Source: Nitrososphaera sp. (GTDB taxonomy: Archaea; Thermoproteota; Nitrososphaeria; Nitrososphaerales; Nitrososphaeraceae). Taken from it: DNA of 64,000 bases. The notes beneath the pieces are model-generated. The model did no database searches and was not told the origin of the DNA. It saw only the letters and a list, made by a program, of their open reading frames with translations. Of the stretch, positions 55,830 to 64,000 are shown piece after piece. The stretch covers positions 107,760-171,759 of the forward strand of contig JBDUUL010000001.1 in NCBI GenBank assembly GCA_039938515.1, in the 5' to 3' direction. The position numbers and the translations under genes were made by a program. The stretch's first letter is position 1. Each line of letters opens with the position of its first letter.

Positions 55830-55993
55830 GAAACAGCCATTTCTCAGCGACATCGCCCCGTTGTAGAGCTTTATGGTGTCAGTGGTCTCTGCCTCGTTTG
55901 AAAAAATGTGCTTTGATTCTATCGAAGTGATTATCTGATAAGAGAAATTGAAAGTGATGAAAGTTTTTATTGTAACCGAATGTATCGGCAGAG

Positions 55994-56674
55994 ATGCCGT
56001 TACCGCTTGAGCTGCGCTCTCTCTTGCTCCCAATTCTAAACGGTATTGAAAGCGGCAAGTGCTTATGCGATAGCTACTCCGACCCAAACAACGGTTGGAT
56101 TCCTAGGATTATGACTGGCGCTAGGAAGGGCATGGATAATGTCAAACTGATTGTAGTTGGCAAGAATCCCGGTCATCCAGTTAGCGAAGAAGCTATGCTA
56201 TATCGTCAAGCCTTGTCTACTGCTCAGTCCAAAGAACAACAAAGGGAGCTTCTGTTTGATGCTATGGTTAGCTGGGGGGAGAGATGTCATCTCACATACA
56301 TTCAGGGCAGAAAGGGCACCTATCACAAACAGTTAATGAGGTTCTTGCGAGACGTGCTAGATACTAACGACAATGAGGAAGTTTTGGATACCGTCTACTT
56401 TACTGAGGCAATGAAGTGTTCAACTCCCAATGATTTACAGGCAAGGCTTGAATCAAAGACTGTCCGGCTCTGCATGACTAACTGGTTGGCAAAAGAATTT
56501 GCAATCCTCCCCAAAGTCCCTATACTTGCCTTGGGTAGAGAGGCCGACTGTTTCCTGCGCAAGATGTTTCCAGAAATGAATAGCAGAGTCGTCTACTTGT
56601 CTCATCCGAGTTGGCCGTTTAAGAATTATGAACTCGCAAAGCAGAATGTCCAATCTCAGCTGAAGCCCATCTAA
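55994..56674 (+). CDS. uracil-DNA glycosylase superfamily protein, atypical motif A
   Basis: 226 aa. VKLIVVGKNPGHPVSEE sits in the position of GEAPG..E. VYFTEAMKCSTPN corresponds to the NxVKCRP-type motif. PILALGREA and YLSHPSW (HPS motif B) are present. Confidence 0.65.
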   Translation: MPLPLELRSLLLPILNGIESGKCLCDSYSDPNNGWIPRIMTGARKGMDNVKLIVVGKNPGHPVSEEAMLYRQALSTAQSKEQQRELLFDAMVSWGERCHLTYIQGRKGTYHKQLMRFLRDVLDTNDNEEVLDTVYFTEAMKCSTPNDLQARLESKTVRLCMTNWLAKEFAILPKVPILALGREADCFLRKMFPEMNSRVVYLSHPSWPFKNYELAKQNVQSQLKPI

Positions 56675-57264
56675 ATCCAAAATATCCAAGCAACTCGAGA
56701 TTGAGCTTGAGAGGTTTCGTTTCTCCCGCCTGTATCCACTGCCAACCCCCGACCGTTAACAGATTTTCCAACCTCCGTCAAGTTATCAGAACCCTCGATA
56801 GTGGTTGTTAAAGTAAATGCGGGGACGATTTGGCTCGAGGTCTTTTTGAACACTCTGTACATTTGCAGGCCATGGCTCTAGTTCTTGCTCGCTGTTCCGA
56901 GAAGGATAGAGGAGTCGCTTGCCTAGAATCTTCACGGTGGGGAATATTCAGCCTGTCCGACGGCTGCCTTTGATGTGGAGTATTTTGGGAGTACAAGGCC
57001 ACTACCCAAGCCTTCGGCCAAAGAAATTGTACATTTTGTTCGTAGGTCTTTATTAGCAAGTCTTAGGCTATCCCGGCCATGACTCGCCAGAAATGCAAGT
57101 GTCCTGATTGGGTCTTGCCAAAGGTCGAGGACTTTCTCTTGCTAGGCATAGTCGCAACCTTGGCGGGTTCTGCGATCTATGACCTTTTTGTCCGCAAGCT
57201 ACTCCCTCTCCAGACAACATGAACCATCCGTGAAAGTACAGGCTGTGACTTTCTGCAACAGCTG

Positions 57265-59256
57265 TTAGGTGACATGGAGGCTTCTAGCAGGAGAGCTGCT
57301 GGGTGCATACAATGCGTCTCCAGCATATCTTGCTGTAATGCTGTAAGTACCGACTGATGTTGGTGCCAAGATATTGCTAACTGAATAGGCTCCCGTAGAA
57401 GACGTTACAGCGTTTGGAAGAGCAATCGGCAATGTCGCTGTAAATGATATGGTCTTGCTTGACAACACGGTATTGGTAACGGTATCTCTTAGCACTCCCC
57501 TGACATTGTAGTGACCGGTTGCATGGGCTACAGAATTGGGCTGGACTGTCAAAGTCAGAGCTGTAGCGTGTGCAACTGTCCTGTATGTCCTTGTCTGCGA
57601 GTTGGCAGAGTTGTACAGAGAATCGCCCACAAATTGTGCCTGAACCGTCCAGCCGTTACTTACGCTGGAAGCTGCAATGCCCACACCTCTCGCAATCCCG
57701 GTGGTTGAAGTGGCAGTGTCAGACACCGAAATTACTCCCGTGCCCGTAAAGTGTATCAGTCTTCCGGAGATTACGGAATTAGTATCAAGATCAGTTAGCC
57801 TTGCTGGAAATGATGTGGCTCTGCCCCACGGTATGGCATTTCCTATGGAGCCAAGAGCCAGCGCAGTGTTGTGCTTTCTTGTATCAAATGATAGAGCGCT
57901 GCTATCAGACGCTGGAGCGCCCGAGTCCCCCTTAAAATGGGCTTGAATAATCCAACCAGAAGCAATCTTGCTTGGAGCAGAGATTACGGCGTTGAAGCCG
58001 CCAGTTGAATTGGTAGTTGTTGTTGCAGCATATATGACGTTTACTGCTCCAAAAATAAACGGGTGCATTCCGTCATAGTATGGATAGTAACCAGCCTGAT
58101 TAAACGTAAAGTTGAAAGATTGACCCGGGTTTAGGATGTCTGACTCAAACCTTCCATTTGAGCTTCTGGTCGTATGGTTCCCTGAAACAACCCAATGCTC
58201 TGCAGTGTCGTCATTCGTCCATATTACGCGCTCGCCTGCAGGTATCAGTACATTTGTGGGATTGAAACTTGCACTCCCTATAGACACGGTAAGTGATGGC
58301 TGATTAGGAAATGAGCCGTCAAAGCCAATGGTCTTGCCTGCAAGTCCAGTTCCGTTACTGTCGAGAAGTCTTCCGGATACAACCATGTTCACGCCCCATG
58401 GCACCGGCGAAGATGGCGACAGCGATTTTATTGACAAAGTAGTCGGATGGCACGTGTTAATGACTGGATTGCCAGTCACGGTTCCAATATTGTCAAAGAC
58501 TCCGCTACAGTTGTCCTGAATTATTCCCAGATTATTGATGGTTCTGCCGTTGCTAAGTTTGCCCGTATTGCTTATGAGGCTGCCGTTCTGATTGTAAAAA
58601 GTACCAGTGTTATTGAAAAGCCCTTGTGCATTATTGTTTATCGTTCCGTAGTTGTAAAATCCCGGAAAGTAATTGATTGCCGTAAATGTACCGTTGTTGT
58701 TTATGGTCGCTCCGTTCTCATTGGCGAAATAATAGTCAGTCTCGAAAGAACTGCCATTGAGGTTATCAATAGTGTCATAATTGTAAAGATGGGTTAAACA
58801 GCAGGCAAGAATAGTTGACCCCTTCTCATTCAAAATTGTGCCATGATTGTAAATTTCACCGCCATCACACAAAATGCCGTCGCAACCTAAGTAAATGCCA
58901 CCGAAATTGTCAACTGTTCCGGAATTATTGAGGTACGAATCATCTAATTGCTCGCTGGTTTCATTATCGAAGGCTAAAAAAACGGCAGACCCGGATGGCT
59001 TGACTAAGAGGGTAACTCCTGAATCGACCTGCAAAATGCCTCCCAAGTAAAACACAGAGAGAGTGCAGGTACTCGTGCTAGAATTCCATACGGCTCCGAT
59101 TGCTTCGCAGCCGCCATTTGAGTCTCCGACCTTTAACTCTGCCGAAATGGCTGCTGCCCAAGCGGGACGAGTCGGCACAAAAAGGATGGGCGGTGCAACG
59201 AGTGTAAACATACTGACAAAAATCAGAATATGCCTGCGATTTATTCGGGGAGTCAA
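57265..59256 (-). CDS. secreted protein: Asn/Gly-rich solenoid-like head plus Ig-like modules with a nested, ligand-deficient cupredoxin-like domain
   Basis: 663 aa with a signal peptide (ILIFVSMFTLVAPPILFVPTRPAWA). The head is similar to that of the ORF at 47311. The C-terminal ~330 aa is collinear with the ORF at 59433. Confidence 0.85.
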   Translation of the reverse strand: MTPRINRRHILIFVSMFTLVAPPILFVPTRPAWAAAISAELKVGDSNGGCEAIGAVWNSSTSTCTLSVFYLGGILQVDSGVTLLVKPSGSAVFLAFDNETSEQLDDSYLNNSGTVDNFGGIYLGCDGILCDGGEIYNHGTILNEKGSTILACCLTHLYNYDTIDNLNGSSFETDYYFANENGATINNNGTFTAINYFPGFYNYGTINNNAQGLFNNTGTFYNQNGSLISNTGKLSNGRTINNLGIIQDNCSGVFDNIGTVTGNPVINTCHPTTLSIKSLSPSSPVPWGVNMVVSGRLLDSNGTGLAGKTIGFDGSFPNQPSLTVSIGSASFNPTNVLIPAGERVIWTNDDTAEHWVVSGNHTTRSSNGRFESDILNPGQSFNFTFNQAGYYPYYDGMHPFIFGAVNVIYAATTTTNSTGGFNAVISAPSKIASGWIIQAHFKGDSGAPASDSSALSFDTRKHNTALALGSIGNAIPWGRATSFPARLTDLDTNSVISGRLIHFTGTGVISVSDTATSTTGIARGVGIAASSVSNGWTVQAQFVGDSLYNSANSQTRTYRTVAHATALTLTVQPNSVAHATGHYNVRGVLRDTVTNTVLSSKTISFTATLPIALPNAVTSSTGAYSVSNILAPTSVGTYSITARYAGDALYAPSSSPARSLHVT
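58036..58293 (-). other. cupredoxin-like domain lacking the Cys and Met copper ligands
   Basis: LTVSIGSASFNPTNVLIPAGERVIWTNDDTAEHWVV...FNQAGYYPYYDGMHPFIFGAVNV. The codon at 58072-58074 is GAC (Asp) where the paralog has Cys. Confidence 0.6.
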
Positions 59257-59432
59257 TCTAGCAAACTGACTTTAAGGGTTGCTTATTAGTATACAATATC
59301 CGCTCTTGTTGACCTGTTACAGCGTTACTCGGGCATACTCGGTAGCACTGGAATACATTCGCTAACAGTTTGCCAATCTCTGCGGGTAGCCTAACTGACT
59401 GGATGCGAATGCAGAGTAATCTGCGACGGTTG

Positions 59433-62400
59433 CTACGTAACGGTCAGTAATCTCGCAGGGGAGTTACTCGGTGCATATAGTGTTTCTCCGGAATACCTTG
59501 CAGTGATGCTGTACGTTCCTGCAGCCGGTGGTGCAACCAGATTTGAAATGGCATATGTTCCAGTCGTGCTTGTTGTAGTGCTTGAAATTACTATTGGCGT
59601 TGTTGCTGTAAAGGTAATTGTCCTGCTTGTAAGAATAGTGTTGGTGACACTATCACGTAGTACCCCTCGTACGCTGTAAAGCCCCGTGCCATGTACGACA
59701 GATGTCGGCTGGATTGTCAAGGATAGAGAGGTGGCGTGAGTTGTGGTTCTGTACGTCCTTGTGAGCGAGCTGGCAGTATTGTACAGCGAGTCTCCTGTAA
59801 ATTGAGCTTGCACGGACCATCCAGTACCAATGCTGGATGGAGCAGTACCTGCACCGGTAGCTAATCCGCTGGTTGATGTTGTGGCGTCAGCAGTCGATAC
59901 AACCCCGCTTCCAAAATAGTGAACCAATCTTCCAGATACAGCGGAACTAGACTTGTCGAGGTCAGTCAGTGTTGCCGGGAATGACGTCGGTCTCCCCCAA
60001 GGAACGGAGGTTCGTATAGTACCAAGTGTAAGGGCAGTGTTGTGCTTTCTTGTATCAAACGTCTGAACTTGCCCTGCCGTTCCAGCGTTGGACGAGTCGC
60101 CGTCAAAGTGTGCCTGAAGAGTCCAGCTAGTGTTCACAGTATTGGGCGCAGCCAGTGAAATGCTGAAACTGCCTGTTGAAGTAGTGGTAGTTGTTGCGGC
60201 ATGAGAGACGTGAACCAATCCTTGCATGGTGGGATGCAACTGGCAGTAGTAGGCATAGTCGCCTATTTGGCGGAACGTAAAGCTAAATGAGTTTCCCGGA
60301 ATCAAAACCTTGGAGTCGAATATGCCGTCAGGTGTACCGGTCGACCCGTTGCCAGAAGTGACTGTATGAATTGCCGCATCTGCGTTAGTCCATACAACGC
60401 TGTCTCCTACCCTCGCATTCACAGGGTTTGGCGAGAATGCACTGCTTCCGAGGTTTTGTGCATTTTGGACGATAGAGACGTTTATCGTGTTGGAAGTAAA
60501 CATACTTCCATCAAACCAGATTGTTCGTGAGGCAAGCCCTATTCCGTTGCTATCGAAAAGGCTGCCCGATGAAACAAGCGTGCTGCCCCAAGGAACAGGC
60601 GACGTTGGTGTTATCGGATTCGTTGTAATTCTTGCACCCCGAACTGTAATGATGGCAGTGCTAGTACTTACCGGTGACTCCGAATGGTCATGATAAGTAA
60701 ATTGCAATTGATCGCCCGCTCTTAGACCATGCAGTGCAATTGGCACGTAGGCTTGGTTAAATGTAGACATGTTTAGGTTAGGACCGTTAAAGATACCCGT
60801 GTTGGGCCCGGTCTCTACAAAAACCATGCTGAGAGGCTGCGATGCAAAGCTGACCGGAGTTCCTGCGACAAGCAATGTTAGTGATGCCAAGCTGCCAAAA
60901 CTCTGGGAGGGCATGAACTGCCCAATGTTCTCGGCTCCGGAGTTTGCAGTTGAAAATGCAACTACAAAGCTGTCCGCAACATCAGGATTTGTGTTTAGGT
61001 CGTTATCTGAAATTGTGAGATGGAATTGACCATTAATTCCCACTGTCGCGGCAGACGAAGTTAAGGTTCCGGCAGTGTGTGAGACAGTTGTTATCAGTCT
61101 AAAGATCTTGCCGTGAATGTCCGGGCTACCTTGAGGGTCGGTGTATGTTATTACTACATTGTTGTTAGCAGCCAGCGTAGTTGCATTGATGAAGATGCCT
61201 GTCGGACCAAGCGAAGGGTTATTGTTGACAAAAGAATCGCCTAAGGTTAGTTGAATCGGAATTTTATTATCTGTTAGGTTTGGAACAAAAATTCCAGAGT
61301 TTGCTCCTGTTTCTACCATTGGCACTGACGCAAAGTAGCCGGTGGATATTGGGCCCTTTCCAAGTGTATTAATGGTAATATTGACAAGGCTATTGAAAGA
61401 GTCTATTGATTTCGTGCTGATGTTTCTGTCAGGGTCTGTAATTTGTAGCGCAATTCCGTTTGGAATGCTCACGGGATTGTTAAGTGCCAATACGCCATCA
61501 GAGTTTTGCAATGTGATTGTCTGACTTGAAGTAACTGACGGGTTTGGTATTATTGCATTGTACGGTGCAGTGGCACTCGCTGGAACGTTAGAATAGACGT
61601 CAAAGTCATGCAATGTCAATACAGAAGTACTTGGGAATAATGCGCCCCTCAGGGTTCCGCCATTTGTCGGATTGACCACGCCCAAGTTGGCGCTGGTCAC
61701 ATTCAAAGCAAGGTCAAACGACCCGGAATTCTGCCCCTCTTCCACAAACAGAGCTCCTGTTAGGTTAAGCGTCCCACCAGTTGCGGTAACTATTGAGGGT
61801 GTGGCAGCAAAGCTATCAACAGAGGTCGGATCTATGTTGGCATCTTGGTCGTTAAGTGTTAGAATAACTCTGTTGCCGTCACCTGCTGATGATCTGTCTA
61901 CTGATGCAATCACATTGGATTTCGAAAATTGCACCACACTTGTTTGTCCGCCGTAAGTAATTGTGATCGTGTCGCCGTCTCTGAGCGGTGCAGAGCTTGC
62001 GCTCAGCGGGAAGGAATATTCAGCTGGAATGCTTCCAAAACCAGCGGCCGCTTCAGTGGTGCTGCTGATGACTGGGTTTTGGCTAATTCTCACCATAATT
62101 GGTGAGCCTGCTGTGAATGACGGACTTGCTGGTTTGAATGGGCTGTTTGAAGTGGTCAGATAGAACTCGAATGTGCCTGATGTTCCAATGATTGGAACTG
62201 TAATGTCTTGCTCAAAGAGAGATGTTGAACCGCGCTTTACTGCTACGTGTGGTACGACTGAATCCGTAGCTGTATTTTTTGAAGTGTCCGTAATCAGGAC
62301 TCTCTCCAAAGCAGGGCCATAGAACTGGCTGCTGCTAGTGGTGATTGTTACCGGACTGTGCGGAATGCATGGATTGCTAAGTATGGTGCCGGTGTTGTAC

Positions 62401-63869
62401 TGGTTCTCATTTCCAAAGTCATTGACCGTGCCAGTTCCAGAAATTGTGCCTGCAGGATATGAGTTTCCGAAAAGCATGACGCATGGATGGGAAATGTCAG
62501 ACGGATATCCCGCTTGACTATAGAAAGGATAGAAATAGTCGGAGCCGCCGCAGCTTGAAGAGAAGCATGATTCCTCCGTCTTCAATTTCATTTGACTAAA
62601 TCCTTGATTATAGACACCAATGCCCGAAACGTAACTTTCCGGCCCAATCCCGTTTAGGGTAGGAGAATTTATTATCAGACTAGAGGGAAAGTTAGGGCTG
62701 CCATTTGGCCAGTCTGCCTTGTATGATAGTCCGTCATGGTCTGCATCTCCGCCGTTTTCACACGTGAGATAAAGCTGGAAGCAGGATGAATCATCATTAT
62801 CTTGGTCGCCTGCTGAACCTAATTCTGTATGCCCTATTTCGAATGCTAAATTTACGTTGACCGATTCTGCAGTCCATGGTACGTAGTTTCCGGCAGCGGC
62901 CGTATTAAACTCAGGATGAAAATCGTAACTGCTTGCTACACAAGTTGACGGATTCGTGTGCATAAATCCACTTAACCCGCTAGTGGTAACAGTCGCCGCT
63001 ACTGCGGTATTTTTGTCTAGAATTGTAATTTGCAGACCTGATGTAGTATCCTTCATTGTGATGAGTAATTGATCTCCGGGCTGCATTAGCATTGGATTAA
63101 CCGAGTTAGCAGGCGTGAAATATTGGCCGGTAAATGGTTCGTAACAATTCGAATTCTCAGTAAAGCTATCAATAGTAGCTGCTGCCTCCCAACCGGCTGC
63201 CGGATTAAAGCTAGAGCGATTCGATGGGACAAAGGCACCACCGGGTGGATAGAACTGCAGTTCAAGGAAGGCAGATCCAGCCGTCAAACCATTACTATCG
63301 CTATCTGGTGTGCACGACCCAAATGGGTATGAGAATGGGTCGCACATTGCTAGACCAAGCCATATCGCAGTATGGAGCTGATAATTTGCGACTACACTGC
63401 CTGACACGGTCGGTTGCGGGTCGGTGGACGGCAAGATTAATGACCACTGCAGGTTATTTGCGGAGTTGGGCGCATTCGAGTAGAACTGAACCGACGGCTC
63501 ATCATGACCAACATAATGACCGCTATCATTTCCCGCAACTGGATCAGCGCAGACGAGCGGATCATCGGGAAGATCGCCCTGTTGATTGTATCCATTACAA
63601 TCTGGATAATATTCTGCTCTCTGGTTTGGACTGTTAGCACGAGGTTGAATTTGATGATAATCGTGTGGTTTAAGATCATGTAGCAGGGTGTTTTCAGGAG
63701 CGATTGATGTTAATGTGGCGCTTGGGAGCACGCCATCAGGCATCACAAGAGAGTTCTTGCTGAATGCATAGATTGGGACACAAACAGTTGAAGGCGCCAA
63801 GAGAAGACTGGCGGCTAATAGCCCTATGGCAATAGAGAGGAATGACCTAGAGGAGAATTCTATAAACAC
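59433..63869 (-). CDS. giant secreted protein: Cys-rich N-terminal globular domain, serial beta-sandwich-like modules, nested type-1 copper (amicyanin-like) domain, Ig-like modules
   Basis: 1478 aa with a signal peptide (FLSIAIGLLAASLLLAPSTVCVPIYA) and an uninterrupted ORF. See findings for the domain evidence. Confidence 0.85.
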   Translation of the reverse strand: MFIEFSSRSFLSIAIGLLAASLLLAPSTVCVPIYAFSKNSLVMPDGVLPSATLTSIAPENTLLHDLKPHDYHQIQPRANSPNQRAEYYPDCNGYNQQGDLPDDPLVCADPVAGNDSGHYVGHDEPSVQFYSNAPNSANNLQWSLILPSTDPQPTVSGSVVANYQLHTAIWLGLAMCDPFSYPFGSCTPDSDSNGLTAGSAFLELQFYPPGGAFVPSNRSSFNPAAGWEAAATIDSFTENSNCYEPFTGQYFTPANSVNPMLMQPGDQLLITMKDTTSGLQITILDKNTAVAATVTTSGLSGFMHTNPSTCVASSYDFHPEFNTAAAGNYVPWTAESVNVNLAFEIGHTELGSAGDQDNDDSSCFQLYLTCENGGDADHDGLSYKADWPNGSPNFPSSLIINSPTLNGIGPESYVSGIGVYNQGFSQMKLKTEESCFSSSCGGSDYFYPFYSQAGYPSDISHPCVMLFGNSYPAGTISGTGTVNDFGNENQYNTGTILSNPCIPHSPVTITTSSSQFYGPALERVLITDTSKNTATDSVVPHVAVKRGSTSLFEQDITVPIIGTSGTFEFYLTTSNSPFKPASPSFTAGSPIMVRISQNPVISSTTEAAAGFGSIPAEYSFPLSASSAPLRDGDTITITYGGQTSVVQFSKSNVIASVDRSSAGDGNRVILTLNDQDANIDPTSVDSFAATPSIVTATGGTLNLTGALFVEEGQNSGSFDLALNVTSANLGVVNPTNGGTLRGALFPSTSVLTLHDFDVYSNVPASATAPYNAIIPNPSVTSSQTITLQNSDGVLALNNPVSIPNGIALQITDPDRNISTKSIDSFNSLVNITINTLGKGPISTGYFASVPMVETGANSGIFVPNLTDNKIPIQLTLGDSFVNNNPSLGPTGIFINATTLAANNNVVITYTDPQGSPDIHGKIFRLITTVSHTAGTLTSSAATVGINGQFHLTISDNDLNTNPDVADSFVVAFSTANSGAENIGQFMPSQSFGSLASLTLLVAGTPVSFASQPLSMVFVETGPNTGIFNGPNLNMSTFNQAYVPIALHGLRAGDQLQFTYHDHSESPVSTSTAIITVRGARITTNPITPTSPVPWGSTLVSSGSLFDSNGIGLASRTIWFDGSMFTSNTINVSIVQNAQNLGSSAFSPNPVNARVGDSVVWTNADAAIHTVTSGNGSTGTPDGIFDSKVLIPGNSFSFTFRQIGDYAYYCQLHPTMQGLVHVSHAATTTTTSTGSFSISLAAPNTVNTSWTLQAHFDGDSSNAGTAGQVQTFDTRKHNTALTLGTIRTSVPWGRPTSFPATLTDLDKSSSAVSGRLVHYFGSGVVSTADATTSTSGLATGAGTAPSSIGTGWSVQAQFTGDSLYNTASSLTRTYRTTTHATSLSLTIQPTSVVHGTGLYSVRGVLRDSVTNTILTSRTITFTATTPIVISSTTTSTTGTYAISNLVAPPAAGTYSITARYSGETLYAPSNSPARLLTVT
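60207..60485 (-). other. cupredoxin domain with a complete type-1 copper ligand set (His, Cys, His, Met)
   Basis: INVSIVQNAQNLGSSAFSPNPVNARVGDSVVWTNADAAIHTVTS...GDYAYYCQLHPTMQGLVHV. Cys codon TGC is at 60243-60245 and Met codon ATG at 60225-60227. The C-x2-H-x2-M spacing matches amicyanin. Confidence 0.7.
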
Positions 63870-64000
63870 TTTACATATTACTTTGATAGTGGTATTTCTA
63901 TCTTACCATCTCAATGAGCTCTTCGTGCAAAAATAATTGATATGCTTCACTTGTCTGCCGGTGGTAGGCACTTTACGAATAGCCTAGGCATACGGCAACC

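Noticed and set aside
57079-57222. 47-codon ORF MTRQKCKCPDWVLPKVEDFLLLGIVATLAGSAIYDLFVRKLLPLQTT in the 590-bp convergent spacer
   Set aside because: It has one hydrophobic helix, but I could not see a TATA-like box at the usual distance and I cannot assess conservation. It is too short to call.
60487-63637. Plus-strand ORFs (60-137 aa) opposite the 1478-aa gene, and plus-strand ORFs opposite 57265..59256
   Set aside because: They are antisense to long uninterrupted ORFs that have signal peptides and recognisable domains.
1-64000. CRISPR arrays, rRNA genes and intact prophage/integrative elements
   Set aside because: I saw no regularly spaced short direct repeats, no rRNA-like conserved stretches, and no integrase, capsid or terminase-like ORFs. 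The only mobile-element trace is the transposase remnant at 46839..47165.

Overview
This is an archaeal chromosome segment. Gene content points to a Nitrososphaera-like ammonia-oxidising thaumarchaeon: Alba, proteasome beta subunit, Pelota, type-2 MetAP, TrmB regulators, a PIN-KH ATPase, TATA boxes about 21-30 nt upstream of start codons, a blue-copper domain and a PEF-CTERM-like tail. This taxonomic placement is an inference and cannot be verified here. From 1 to 33 kb the window holds densely packed core genes: map, albA, ilvE, leuCD, psmB, pelota, cutA, a rhodanese, a DtxR-type repressor, a Tes/GDGT-MAS-like radical SAM enzyme, a small nucleotide-sugar cluster, and a tRNA-Gln(UUG) with a roughly 21-nt insertion in the D-arm region. 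A tRNA-Pro(CGG) at about 33 kb marks a change in content. From 33 to 41 kb lies a regulator-rich block. It contains a TM-less PAS histidine kinase, a stand-alone receiver, a TrmB-like regulator, an RHH protein, a Roadblock/LC7-like protein, an 8-TM orphan and three divergent copies of a small all-alpha protein. From 41 to 64 kb the sequence looks more AT-rich by eye and forms a surface-protein island. It holds a 1450-aa BNR/Asp-box plus metzincin protein translationally coupled to a YVTN propeller with a PEF-CTERM-like tail. It also holds an IS-type transposase remnant and a 1234-aa protein built from an unrecognised ~157-aa repeat. Two CAP/SCP-domain paralogs bracket a PD-(D/E)xK nuclease and a zinc-ribbon protein, followed by an atypical UDG-superfamily protein. 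Two tandem giant proteins (663 and 1478 aa) carry an amicyanin-like cupredoxin nested inside an Ig-like module, with copper ligands intact in one copy and lost in the other. I found no rRNA, no CRISPR array and no intact mobile element. Family names come from motif recognition by eye and from memory. No searches were run.
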